From contig OZ193909.1 of assembly GCA_964276515.1 (NCBI GenBank), positions 18,166,001 through 18,230,000 of the forward strand: DNA of 64,000 nt, given 5' to 3'. Shown in pieces: positions 27,501-41,200 of this stretch. This DNA is from Gordius albopunctatus. Lineage: Eukaryota. Under the pieces are notes generated by a model. It saw only the letters and a program-made list of their open reading frames with translations, did not search any database and was not told where the DNA came from. The position numbers were made by a program, and so were the translations under genes. Every line of letters begins with the position of its first letter. Position 1 is the stretch's first letter.

Positions 27501-30500
27501 TTTGAACAACACTTTTTTGCAAAAATTTAGCTTCAAACCGCACCGGTCTTTGATGAAAACGGAGGCGCCCCGGTTAAGTAGGTAGTTGACGATGGCTAAA
27601 TTGCCTTGACTAGCCGCTATATGCAGAGGCGTTCGCCCGTCGTAATCCACCATGTTAACATTCCCACCCTACAGTATATATGTATACACAAAACAAAAAA
27701 TATTTTCCTATTATCAAAATCCTAATGCTTCAACATTCTTAATTGCTATGCAATTTATGGGCTCGCTCCTGGTTGTCCGACCGTCCGGCCGTCCGTCCGT
27801 CCAACTTGTAATTTTTCAATAATTGCCGGGAAAACTTATACGGGTATTTAATAGCCGTAGACTACTTATGCTTCGAATGTATTATTAGTTATAGATATTT
27901 GAAAAAATTCAGATTTTGTTATCCGCCGATTCGATGTCTTGTGGAAAAAGATTGGCGATTTTAGTGGGATCGCAAAGAAATTTATTTTCCTCATTTTTAC
28001 ATAATTTTAAAGGCTTGGTGGCCAAATTGCTTCACGAATTTCGCTATCCTGGTTTAAAATAGCAAAAAACAGCATAAAAATTTAAATATAAAGGTTTCAC
28101 ACAAAAAATTATTTTAAAATTTAGGAAATTTTAGGATGAATTGTGTTGTAATGTCAAAATTACCCTTTCCAATAGCATCTCCAGCGTGGTAAAATCTTCG
28201 GAAACAGCAGCCGAGCACAGTAGTAGCGGAAACAAAGAAGCTTGCAGAACTTTTAACTCCTGCGTGAAAAATTGTTACATTAAAAAAATTGACTTAAACA
28301 TTAGAAATGGGGGAAACTTTTTTTTGCACTCAAGCATGTAGTTAGTTAATTTACAAAAAGTTCTTGAGCATAAGAGTTTATTTTAATTTTCGAAAAGAGC
28401 TAGTCTCCGATTTAACTGGTCGCACTCCCCCATCTAAACATTCGGTATTGGTATCCTTTATACCGAAACAAAGAGTTGGTATTCTTAAAGCCAAATACAA
28501 TTTTGGAATCTTTTGTGGATTCTTGGCCAATTTTGGAAGATCCTCTCGACGATGATATATTAGAATAGTGTATTATTCATTAGTTTATTCCACGCATTTT
28601 GGCTTTTTTATGTATCGTGTATTTAGATTATATTAGTCTGTCAACGGATTTTAAGCAAATACTCTTAACAAGATTTAAATGGTCCTGTTTTTTCAATAAT
28701 TTAATATTAACAAAGGGATAATATTACTTTGAAAACTTTAGATAGAGTGTGAAATTGCTCCAACTCTTAAACATTTTAAAATTAAATTCAATGTCATCAT
28801 CATACCTTTATTACCCCCAAAACAATAAATCATTATTATTAGATAGTTCATATCCTCACATTAGACTACAATATATATAGTTATAGATATGGTTTAGTTA
28901 CTTAGTGCTTTTACAACAATTATAAATTTAATATATATATATATATATAACATCTAAAAAATGCAATTATCTCGGAGTGAAATAAATCCAATACAACTTT
29001 GAGTGAGATTAACTAGTGGTGTCGTAAGCCTACCAAAAGTCTAAAATCACCAAAAACCAACTGGTCGATTCATTAACTACTTCAGAATAAAAACCCCAAA
29101 TATTTGACACGTGTAATTCGATATCAAATATTATATAAAATCAAACTGACTCCCCCACCGACCGGAAACCCTGGTAAAGTCTAATTTTCAAGCAATGCTT
29201 ACGGGGGAAGTAGCTAGGTGGAGCGTATTTGCTATGGCGTTCAGGAGGTCGAAATCGCGGAGCAAGACGCTCTGTTTAGTTTTGAGCGTCAATTCCCCGC
29301 GTAAATTAGTTGACATCATCTAGCGAGAATATATCATTTCTCTTCAAATACCGAGAAATTAAACGTTTATTGCTATATAACATTTCATACTCTTAATAAA
29401 TCTTACTTGCGACATCCCAACTCATGGTTCAAAATCACTATTAGATGTCGAAAATCTAAATTATCAACGATTTTCAACAATCCAAAATGCAATTTCAGAT
29501 TGGGTCATTTCCTCAATTTTTACATGCAAGTGTATAAAATGATTTCAAAATTTTTTCTCTCGCCTAAAACCAAACCATAAGCATGGGTTTTAAAGGGATA
29601 AACTTGCCCTTAAATTTCATTTTCAATTAAAACAAAACTACGGTTCATATAAAAAGAAAGACAACATATATTATTCACGGTTTAAAGGCAAATAAAAATC
29701 TCGAGGTGTTTTTACTTTCTTTTTGGTGCTTAAATCCCATTCCTCTTTGCCCAGCACGTAGCAAAGTTTAGTTAGGGCCGCTTCTGGGGTCATGTCGTAC
29801 CCCGGAATCACTCCCGCATCGGTTAATACCTATGCAAAACAATCGCTGTTGATTTCGTAAATTATCAACAACAACAAAAAACAATTTTATAACAAATAAT
29901 TGGCAAATCATTTCAATATATTGTTGAAATAAGGATTTAAATACGATTCCAGTTCGAGTTTTGTAAAGACGGCTCGATATATGACGGGTGTTAACCGCGA
30001 ATCAAATAAAGAATACTAGGACACATTTTAAATTGGAGACACATTTGACTAAATTATCCCTATCTCTTTTAGAATGTGACTCGAAAATAAAAACAGACAT
30101 ATAACGTTTTCGCTCTTATAGGAGCTCATCAGTATTCCTCCTAAGTCATAGACTATGGCCATAGTTTAGTCGCATAGTATAATTATTATATTTTAAATAT
30201 TAAAACTTCACTTTTTGCATAGATTAGCAGTTAAGGTTATGTTTAGCAATCTTTTAAAATGGAATTCAAAAACTTTTACAAAAACATAGATACTCAGTAT
30301 CAAAAAATAGATGTTTTAAAGCAAATTTTAGCATCTACCATAAGAGAGAAACAATCATTAAATGGGAAAAAGGTGAATCCTTATTTAAAATTTCCAATAA
30401 GCATTAATGATTCTTTTTCCGATATTAAATCTCTTCTAGCCCCATAATTCAACCTAACATGGTTTAATATGCGCGAAAAACAATCACGAATCCCCCAAGG

Positions 30501-33500
30501 TTTAAAACACATTTGGACGAGTAAATTTTTTAAAGCGCGAGATTTCGCTTTGAATATAACAATTTAGCCGAAATTATAAAGTCAAAAAATTTCCCTTTCA
30601 CAAAAAGCTGGCATCGAAAGAGGTGGGTTACAGCCAACAATAACTAGTCAAGTGTCATATTTAATTGAAAATTAAAAATGAGCCAAGGCTATAAGGAAGA
30701 GGTTATCGATTGGCAGAGAAAAATCCATTTGGACAACAATATTATAATAACCAAAAAAGGAGAAATATAATCAATACCCTAGGCGAATCCTAGGCATTTA
30801 CCATAAATTGCATAGCGATTAATAAAAAGAGAGAACAAATTATTGTGCTCAGTGCTTAATTCAATTTTTTCTCGGTAGAATATTCAAATGCTCAGTAATT
30901 TAATTATTTGTTCAGTTATTTATTCAAATCTTGCTCAGTATTCTTTTTATTTATGCAAAGTTACTAAAAACTAGTTTTAAAATAAAAGTCTAGAGCGTGA
31001 TTCGAACCTGAAATATCAAAGTACGAGTCTTGCGTGTTTACCATGGAGTCAAAGTGCTCGCCTGAAAATTGGTTTATTTTTGTTTATAAAAGAATTAAGT
31101 TTTACAACCTTTGATGAGTTTAAAGAAAAGAATTTTAAGCTTTGGCTACGTGAATTGCCAAATAATTGCGAAAAATAGTTTCAAGGCAAGTGCAATTGTC
31201 CATCGTTTTATAAAAAATATATGTGCAAACATATTGTTGGGTTGGCAATTAAACTTAAATATTGTCAACCACCTAAAGAAACCAAAAGTGTGCCTCATGG
31301 GCAAAAAAGAAAGCGAGGCAGACCCTCAAAGGCTAAATCAACTTTTATTGTTCAGTAATGGTAAGTTTAAATTATTTAATGTTGATTATATAACAAATTT
31401 TAGGTTTTTGAAATGAAAGTTGTTTCCAGCAAAATTTTTCTATTTTTCATTTTAAATTGTTAATTATTATTATTAACCTGTATTTGTAAATACTTGTGAT
31501 TATATTCAAATAAAAATTTTATTTTGCAAAAAAAAAATACATTATAAACATGTAAAATTTAAGAAGGGAAAGGCAGGGCATTTAGAATGGGAATTATGGT
31601 TCATTACTTTTTCATAGCTTTTTTAACTTGCTATTTATTTATTTGAAGGGAGGACTTAAAGGGAAAAAATTCAAGACACTAAGATACCTTATAACCTTTA
31701 AAAATTAAACAATCAGGTCTCCAATCTATTTAATTTAGACAAAATAAACTATTTCAATTTCCACACACTCAATTTAACTTTATTTTTACAAAATATTATT
31801 GGTAAATAGATTAAGATTGAGTATTATTTATTAAAATTACTGAGCATTTTGGATTTATAACTGAGCAATATTAAGATTATTTACTGAGCACATTAATAAA
31901 ATACTGAGCATATTTTACTGATCATTTTTGATTATTTTACTGAGCATTTAAATAACATCCATTAATAAAGAGCGATATCGGAAATTGATAGGATATAAAA
32001 GTGTGAGACTTGGCAAAATAAATAAATATATTTTTAAGCTATAGAGCCCCGCTGAAAATAGCGAGGGCGTTTAAATTAAAAAGATGAATGAATATGTTAA
32101 ACCCATCAACAGCATTACTAAATTAATACAGTATTTGTTTATTTATATAGGAATCGTGTAAAAATATGCAAGCACCTAACACGTCAACTTTAAGGTTTGT
32201 CATTTAATGACCTTAATCGTGGGCCCAGGGGTCTAAAACCAAAAACTCTCTAAAATTTTATATAATTATGGGGCTAAAATTACTAAAAATTATTATTTCC
32301 CGCCCCCCCCCTCTAAATCTAAACCTGGCTACGCCCGTGACCCTAATGGCTCTCGCGGGAGAAGATTCAAGATTATACATTTAATAATAATGGCGCGAGT
32401 GGGTTGTGCGAGAAAATAACTTTAAATGTTATTTTATGATTTTAAGATAAGTTGTGCATTTATTACTTACTATTTTTTACTCGTAAATTCGGGTCGGTCG
32501 TGTGTTCAATTACAACATTCTCATCACCGGGGGGCAAAGGGGGGAGGCTGCCCCCCCCCCCTAAATGCAAAAATTTGTTGAAGACGTTTGCAAAAATATG
32601 CCTTAAATTTCGCAAAAAATGATTATTTTGCCCGCCCGCCCCCCTCTAATCCCAAGGCTGGCTACGCCCACCCATGTCCATCCCGTCTACGTTTAAAAAA
32701 AGCGTGGCACAGTGTTGAGAGAGATAATAAATATTTAGCAGGGGGCAAAACAAACATTTCGATATTCACTTTTCCTGTAGCGTATATGCAAGAAACGGAA
32801 CCGACGGGGCATTGCGTACAATTCACAATGATGACGCCCCTATCACGAGTGGCTTGAGTAAATAACTCGATGAGGTCAAGCCTATTGCTAGGGGCATTAC
32901 CTGCCCCATACGATTCCAGCACCAGGCCTTGAATGGGCGGCTGCAAAAATGCCCTGACCTATTGGTGCAAATAAAAAATTGTTTTATACAAGACATCAAC
33001 AAAAATCACAAAATTTGCGAAAAAAATTGAATTCATCACTTTTGAAAAAGAATTTAGAAAGAAAATTAACCATAAACTGCAAGTATTTTTATGGAAATAA
33101 TAAAAATTTTAAGTCTTATAAATAAATTATAGGCTATTTTTAAAAAGCTAATGAAATATCTAATTGAATATTTTTTCAAACTTATTGCATAGCAATTAAA
33201 AATGGTGAGCCAAATTATCTTAGCTGGGAGCTAAAAAATATTGGCAAAGTCAAGAAACAGTTGTCACAAAAATCGAGTTGTCTTTTAAGAAATGATCCAA
33301 TAAATGTTAGAAAATTAAAAAAAAAGACTCAAAATTTAAAACAAAGAAAAAACGAGATTAAAAATAGCTGTACTTTTTGACTAGATTTATAATTAAATAA
33401 TATAAACAAATAATAATCTTAAATCAAAAAGGGTGTATGCAACCTATGGAAACCATTAAAATTATATTTGTCACTTAAAACTATAAGATGTCACAAAATC

Positions 33501-35127
33501 ATTATGTGCTTCAACTTGTGAGTCTTCAATTTTTCCTTAACAATATATTATTACAATAATACACATTTCTAATTTAAAGTTTATTTTTTTTTGTTCTTTA
33601 AGTCATTTTTAAGATATTATTCTCTTAGTCTTAGGTCATTTTATGAAAACAACATTAAATTGTAATTTAAACATTTAATATAATTAAATTTTTAAGATCA
33701 ATTAAAAATTTTTTGTAAATATATAAATGTGTATACATACTGTAGCCGAGGTTATGCCAGGGAATAATTGCAGGAGAGCCACATTCTGGCATAGTTTGGT
33801 GTGAATGGTAAATTTTTGTGAAGAACTTGGGCATATATTGTCCCAATCAACTATAAGTTCATTTATTTAAACAGTTAAGAAATTATAAAAAATTAAAATG
33901 CATTAAATTACTTGACAATATTTAAAGGCCCTAATTTTGGAATAATAACCATTTTTAAAACACAAATTGTAATAAATTTATAAAACATTTAGTACAATTG
34001 ATACAATATATGTATTAAATATATTAATTAAATAATTTAATATAATATAAAGCTAATAAAAAAAATAATGACAAATTTTATCTTATGCTTAACTGTTTGA
34101 ACAAAAAGGTGGTAATTTACTTGTTATATCGATGCCCATTTTAGCTAAAGGTGGCATGTTTGGAGAATCAAAAGCTGAAAATGAGCTATTATCAATCTTA
34201 CGACTTCTATTTCCACGATATAAGCAGTCGTTGAAATAGATGCAAACCTAAAATTGTCTGGTAATATTAAATTTGATAAAAACACTTACTTCTGGAATAT
34301 TGTGAGAGGCAAACACCAAGGCACCCAAAAAATTATCTCTCCCATCACTTCTAACTTCAACCATAGGTATCTGAAAAAATTGAGAATTCAAAATATGATA
34401 TTTATATACCTGAGATCCAGTTAAAATCACTGGTTTGCCCAAATTTTCTAATATAAATGAAAGAGCTGATGCTGTATAAGACATGGTATCTGTCCCATGC
34501 AACACTACAAAACCATCATATTGTTTGTAACATTTCTAATAATTAATATAATACATAATGGCATGATAGAAACTAATTAAATAATCATTTAATAAAAAAT
34601 AAATTAACACTTTCATAATTTTCTCCTTCTATTAACAATTAAGAAATAAATTAAAATGGAAAAACTATTAAAAATAAATAAAAGTCAAACTTTTATATCG
34701 AGGGAAATTCTAATCCAATCCTCCATTGACATGTTCGATGAATCAAGTAAAGGATCATATTCAATCATTCTATATATGATTCTCTTTCCATTCGTCATTT
34801 TCCTGCAAAAATAAATTAAGCAAAACTTTTATTTTACGGCAGTGCCAAAGTATTATGATCATCAAATAAATTTTCTGCCATGTAAGTGGAATCATTCAAT
34901 GATGTGGATTTTTTCAGTTTTTGACAAAGAACATTAGGGACAGGGGAATATACTACAAGCTTAAAATTATTAAAAACTAACATACCTCCATTAACAGAGT
35001 CCATCCCAATTGTGCCACCAATGTATAGAACTAAAATCATTGCTTCTTCCGAAACAATAGATCGTCTTGGGGAAAAGAAAACGGGTTGTTCATTGATATC
35101 GTGATTAAAAGTCTGATGTTCACACAT
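24529..35127 (-). CDS. ASPG: L-asparaginase / 60-kDa lysophospholipase with C-terminal ankyrin repeats
   Basis: 15 exons in phase: 35127-34986, 34952-34838, 34802-34691, 34535-34410, 34370-34290, 34247-34121, 33850-33741, 32958-32770, 29829-29716, 29319-29203, 28259-28164, 27668-27544, 25997-25875, 25155-25056, 24618-24529. Motifs [40 protein letters not shown], ankyrin [12 protein letters not shown]. Confidence 0.93.
26276..26472. mobile_element. hAT-type MITE family B, left TIR partly deleted
   Basis: Nearly identical to 39571-39765. Confidence 0.85.
27301..27451. mobile_element. MITE family A
   Basis: Core plus right TIR. Confidence 0.75.
27739..28060 (+). mobile_element. HINE-like 5' fragment
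   Basis: AATTGCTATGCAATTTATGGGCTCGC...(GTCC)n. Related fragments at 17475-17810 (+), 25270-25775 (-) and 60950-61030 (+). Confidence 0.65.
30840..31960 (+). mobile_element. Mutator-like (MULE) remnant
   Basis: Frame 31098-31358 encodes a SWIM finger ([14 protein letters not shown]) and AT-hook (KRKRGRP) with an internal stop. Flanked by inverted arrays of TGCTCAG / CTGAGCA. Confidence 0.7.
32218..32339. mobile_element. MITE family A (inverted)
   Basis: TIRs; TSD ACC(T/C)TAAT. Confidence 0.75.
32526..32677. mobile_element. MITE family A (inverted)
   Basis: Core plus TIR CTGGCTACGCCC. Confidence 0.72.
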
Positions 35128-36899
35128 ATTGTTACTTAAAAACTGTGTTTTTTAAAAAAACATATGTTAATCTCATCTCGCATCAGTTAGTTACATTATT
35201 AATATAACACATAGACTATGATATAACAATATTTTTAACTAGACTATTTTTTAATTATAGAAGCGCATTAAAAACAAATCTTCATTTGATTCAGCTAAAT
35301 AATTTGCAGAGCTTGTGGCATAGAAAAAAGGCCATAGGAACCTGTAACCCTGGGATTTGCCAATGATAAATTTTCCGTTATTAATTAAATTTAGATAAGA
35401 GAGAATATTACTAAATATTTATGAAAATATAGATAAGGCTGCAATTATTAGCAGGTTTTAATTATCTCTTTAGATTTTAACAGAATAGAAAGCCATCTTC
35501 ATTGTCTTTTATACTTTTTGGTGTGAATTTGTTTCTATTTCCTCAAAACCTAAATATTTTAAAACAATGTATTAGTTATTAAACTGCGTGCTACCGATGT
35601 TAAATCCCCTTTCTTTTAGGCTAAATAGGTTACAGTTACTTTTTAAAATTATTTTACTGATTACTTCTAAATCTTCATACTTTAACCCTTCCTCAATTTT
35701 TGTAGCAATCATTTGACCATTCAAATATTTGTTATAGAACAAAAGGGATTAACAAATTTTTAAGAAATCCAACTTAATATTTTACATTTTGATTATTTAA
35801 GTGTATATTTGCTAACAATTTACTATATAAAATTAAATTCTTACTTTTTTCAGTTGTTTAGCGATTTGGACTTTTTCTGCTCTGAAAAATAGAACAACTT
35901 TTGTTTCTTAATTTTTAGCCCGACCCAAAGCTTGCCTCTACAACTCAAATTTCTAAAATTTTAATAAAATTAACATTAATTATAATAATATTATGAAATT
36001 TATTATAATTATATCTTTAATTATTTGGATTGAATTATTTTGAAAGGAAATAGAATGAAACAAAACTCTTTGACACTTTTTCGCCGATTAATGTATTTAA
36101 ACTATAAAAACAAGAAATTGTATGCAAATTTTACAGCATTTTTTGATCTATAGAAATAGGTAATATCTTATGGATTTCATGCATATTTTCAATAATTTAA
36201 TTATAACAAATGTTTTTTAAACATCTATGATGGTTTTACAAAATTAATACAAATTTTTATTAATTTTTATATACCACCATCTAGCTAGCGCCTCCATCTA
36301 GCTCCTTGTCAGTCTTGGTAAATTAATATTTAGTAAAATTCGCGCTAGTTTATTAGATGACAATGTCTTTAAACCGACCATTTAATGCCTTGTCAACTAT
36401 GTGAAGAATAAATTATACTTAAAAACATTGTTTTATTTATTAAATTGCCAAACAATTCTAATGAATAACCTTCAATGATTCTATTTTCTGTAAATAATTA
36501 AATAGAACTGTATTCAGTTACTTTTTAAATATAAACTAAACTGTGGCCGTAATATTTTACACATTTTTTACAGGTGAATAAACGTTAACTAATTCTCGTG
36601 GAAAAGTAAGTTTAACGGCTCTACTTAAAATGTTAATAATTAAATTAACCTCGATCGATGCTTTTTTAAATAAATAAAATAAAATTATTGTCATTGAATG
36701 CATATAATTTATGGCATCAATGAAGATATTCTACCTTTCTGAGTTTTAAATTGCGCAAATCCAAAGTTCAGATATAACTTAAAAGAAATTAATGAATGTA
36801 TGAGATAAATTAATCATATATTTCGATATTAATTATAAAATATTATATATAACGGCATTAATTTTAACGATAAGTCTATTATGCAATATAGAATTCATA

Positions 36900-37005
36900 A
36901 CATTCAACCCGACCCGGACCCGAGTTTAAAAAATTTTTAACCCGAACCCGACCCGAAAGCATTTATACATTTTCAACCCGTTTCGGGTCACCCGTGCAGG
37001 GCTCT
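36900..37005. repeat. Orphan hAT end
   Basis: (ACCCG)n subterminal repeats ending TGCAGGGCTCTA. A similar orphan end (TGCAGGTCTCTA) lies at 57530-57628. Confidence 0.6.
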
Positions 37006-37202
37006 ACTCCTCCTAAAAAGGCCCCAATAGAGTTCTTTGCATTTAAATAAACCAAAAGGGTATCCCGTAAACACTTACCAATTATATTTGATATATTCTT
37101 AATCTATTATACGGAAATAGAACAGTAGAAGTAGAACATATAGACATCAAGCTTTATTTTTACTTCAATAACCGCTATATCATCATATATGCCCTAAAAT
37201 TC

Positions 37203-37260
37203 CAACATAATTTAATACACCCGGGTAAATGGCGAAACAACGTTTGCCGGGTTCATCTAG
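37203..37260 (+). mobile_element. Helitron-type 3' end
   Basis: Hairpin GGCGAAACAACGTTTGCC followed by CTAG-T. Similar end GCCAAAGCAACGCTTGGC...CTAG-T at 15755-15785. Confidence 0.6.
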
Positions 37261-37379
37261 TTTATACTATGTATAGATTTGTAAAAACAATACTCCAAAA
37301 TTAGGCGCATGTACCAAACTAAAAAACGAACTCCAAGTCTGATCCTCGGCGGAGCGTCTTCCCCCTCCCCCCACCAGGG

Positions 37380-37815
37380 GAGAAGCCCCTGCTTATTCGA
37401 TGCCACCGAGGACATCCCAAAAACGCAATTACAACGCCTTTTGGACTTTTAGAATTTTCAAGAATGCTTTTGGACTGCGTAATGCAGCACAAGAATTTGA
37501 GCACTTTATGGATTAATGGCATGGACTATGTGTATGATTATAAATTCCGCAGATCATGAACGCGAGTCACATCTTTCAACAGTTGCAACATATGGTATAC
37601 GTATGAATATGCCAAAATTTTATTTAGGTGTCAAAAAATTGAACTTTCTCGGTCATCAAGTTGATAAAAATGGCATACATACTCCCCTTATCAAACAAAA
37701 TCACTGCAATGAGGGATTTCCTTATTCTCCAAACTATGAAGAGTCTGAAACGTTTTTTAGGTGTGGTGAATTTTTTAGACGTTTTATACCTGATTATGCT
37801 TCAATCTCTAAACCA
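37380..37815 (+). pseudogene. Degenerate Gypsy reverse-transcriptase fragment
   Basis: AITTPFGLLEFSRMLFGLRNAAQ...LNFLGHQV...LKRFLGVVNFFRRFIP across frameshifts. Confidence 0.8.
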
Positions 37816-38243
37816 TAGGTGTAGCCAGGGGGGAGGGGGGTAGGGAGGGTTGAAGGGTAATATGTTAAGAGAGGGGGGAGGAGATCTATTTGCAAGGTGT
37901 TAGTATATAGATGAATGGCACCCACTTTTGATCAAATTCATCCTAATTTAGTTCAATAAAACCTATTAACGATTCTACTTTAACATGAAATAAAATTTGA
38001 TTTATCAAATGGAGGTGGAAATGGGAGAACTCTAAGTCTCTTGTCCCTTTACTTTCTATTTCGCCAATGAAATATTCGAAACATCTTAGTTGCAAGGGCC
38101 ATTTAGACAATCTTCCAGATTAATATCATATCCAAGATTTTAATGTTATCAAATACAAAGTTAAGATAAGACTCACAGAAAGACAACTTCATTAAGTTTA
38201 ATCAAGCTGTTGATGATCCCATTGCATTCATTCACATAGTCAT

Positions 38244-41200
38244 ATGCTAGAGGAATTAAAAAAGATTGTCAAAAGATTCCCCAGCGAAGTTGTGTGGGCG
38301 TTTGCTTATGGCTCTGCTATCCGAAATTTGCATCAGGTTAGGTAAAAAATTTTCTCCTAATTTTTAAAATAATCATAATATAACAATTACCTTTTAGTCT
38401 AAAATGGTTGACTTGCTATTTGTTGTTAAAGATCCTCTTATGTGGCATGAAAATAATATGAAATTAAATAACAGTCATTACTCCTATTTTTTAAATTGGA
38501 GTAATAAGTTTCACCATTTTTTACAAGACTATGGGGCTGGTATATACTATAAAACTCATATACCTGTGGAAAACAAAGTAAGTTATAGTATTTTCTTATT
38601 ATATTTTGTAGATTATTAAATATGGTGTGGTAGGGGAGCAAAAATTAATTTTGGATTTAAAAAAATGGCAATATTTATACCTTGCTGGAAGATTGCATAA
38701 ACCAGTAATTTATTAGTTCTAATATAAATATGGTTATTAATTATTTTGATTAGATTTTTACAATATATGGAATGAATGATATAATTCTTAAGAACTGTTA
38801 CAATGCTAACCTAGTATCAGCCATCAAATGTTCTCAATTATTTCTGCCACAACATTTTAATGATGACCAGCTTTTTAAAACTATTTCACAATTATCTTAT
38901 CAAGGTTAATTATCACATATTATTGCTTGATAATAATTAATATAAATTGATTTGCTTATAAATTAATATAAAAAACACTTAGAAGCCTGTTTGTGTAAAG
39001 TTGTTAGTGTTTTTTAGTTAATTTGAGATTGGAAAAAAATTAGTTCACATTTAATATGATTTTACTTTGTGTAAGAAAATAATCAGAAAAAATATCAGCT
39101 TTGAAGCAATAATGTTTTCATAAAATTAAAATGATTTTTATGCATAAAATAGCTCTTTTGGTAGAAATATTTGTTAATTTAGACTGGTAATTTTACAACA
39201 ATAAATTCTGATTATGAATTTATTTTATTTTTGACTTTTAGGCGATTTTCGAATGTATTTTGCCGAAGATAAGGACAAAGTGGAACACATTGTAACTAAG
39301 CAAAAAGAGCATTTCAAAGAATTATATGATTCCCCACTCAATGAAGTTTCTCGTTTTTTGCATTTCAATTCAACCAAATCTAATTTTGAAGTAATTACTT
39401 TTAGGTTACAATTTTTATGCATTTTAAAATAAAGAATTTTTATGATAGTTTTTTTTTGAAGTTTTACTTTTAAAACAACCAAACTCCACCAACTCTTAAA
39501 AATAATTGCACATCGTTGCATAAATTGGAGAATTCTGCATTTAAAAGCTTCATCATATCTAGAGTTGTTAAATTGCTAACTTGATTCAAACTCCAGACGC
39601 GAGCAGCACGCACACTGAGTTGCTTAATATGCGCGTTAGCACAATATGTGCTCGCTGTTCGGAGCACTAGGAAGAGCATTAGCATATAAAAATGCTCGAG
39701 GGCCGAGCAGAAACTCGAGCAGATGGTAGCTGGAGTTGAAGAAAGTTAGCAATATAACAACTCTAATCATATCAATACCATGCTTAAGATATAAAAAAAT
39801 ATGATTTTGACTCCTCCCCCCCTCCATTCTAAATCCTCTCTATGCCCATGTGAAGATGTAAAAACTTGATAAGGATCGCTTAAAACATATTTAAAAGCTG
39901 TCTATACAATTTAAACTTGACTTTAAATGGATGTAGTTTTAAATCTTAGAAATTTAAATTTAGGGCATTAGATTATGAGTGTTCATTTGCTATTCTTTAA
40001 TTTTATTTGTGTTCCCCCATAAATATAAAACTTGGATTCTTTAATATCAATTATAATTATAGTCCCACTCCTAATAGTTAGTAAGTTTTAGCGCAAAAGG
40101 TGAATTAAAAAGTCTACTTTCATAATAATAGTAATGTAGGAATTAAATTTAGGAAACTATAAATATGAGTTTTAAGACGTATTTTCTAATGTTTAGATTA
40201 TGTATTTGAATATATGCATAAATATATTTATGTAGCAAGATACTAGTCCAGAAGCCTGCTTTACGCATTTGAACAATCTTCCCTCTAACTTGGCTTATTT
40301 ACTCCACAAGTAAATAGTATATTTTTAAATCTTTTTACGCCATTACACCACAAAAGTTTTAAGATTTAGGCTCTGAAAATTTAGGTTATCTCTTTTTGGG
40401 TGAAGCATGGCTGCGAGTTTCTTTTCTCAAGATATAAAGTTTTTTTTTAATATTACAAATGTTTGTGCATTTTTTTATTATTATTAGATTGCCCGGGGTC
40501 CTCTCATGTGGTGGTAAAAGTGTTGTATGAGAATTAATTTTTTAAGGGAAAAGTTATTAAATATTCCCATTGTTTTTATATGCCAAACTTTTGTACTGGA
40601 ATAAATTTTACAAATATTTTCCACAATTATACATTGTTGATTTTGATTTAACCTTTTAATCGAATTTGTGAAATATCATAAATTACGTTTTATTACATAA
40701 AGTGCAAAACTTGAAAATAAGGGAAACAATATGATAGGAATTACTTGATAATTTAAAATTTTTAAATTTTGTAATGTGTTTATCTACATTCTTAGGGAAT
40801 TCATAGAGAAGACTTTGAAAATGTGTGATCAAGAAGAAGCATTTTCCATTATGTCAACCTGGCCCGACCTCCCCATTTACCTCTCCAAATGTAACCTTTT
40901 TTGAAATTATGAAATTTCTATATTTTTTTAAAAACAGAATCACTCTAGAATTTGATGATATAATTGTAATTTACTAAATCTTATTTTTATAAATGTCCGT
41001 TTGCCACTAGGTATTAGTAAAATTGTCTGGCGTTCCAGTATTCAACAAGCCGTAAAAGGTTTCTTTACAACTGGTAATTATTGAAACTGCTCTCTGTCGT
41101 TTTATTCATTTAATTGATTTTTTTATTTTATCTCTGATATTATTTTATTTATACATGCAATTTGGTATTAGCGAGTTTTGATTTATGTTAAAATAGTAAT

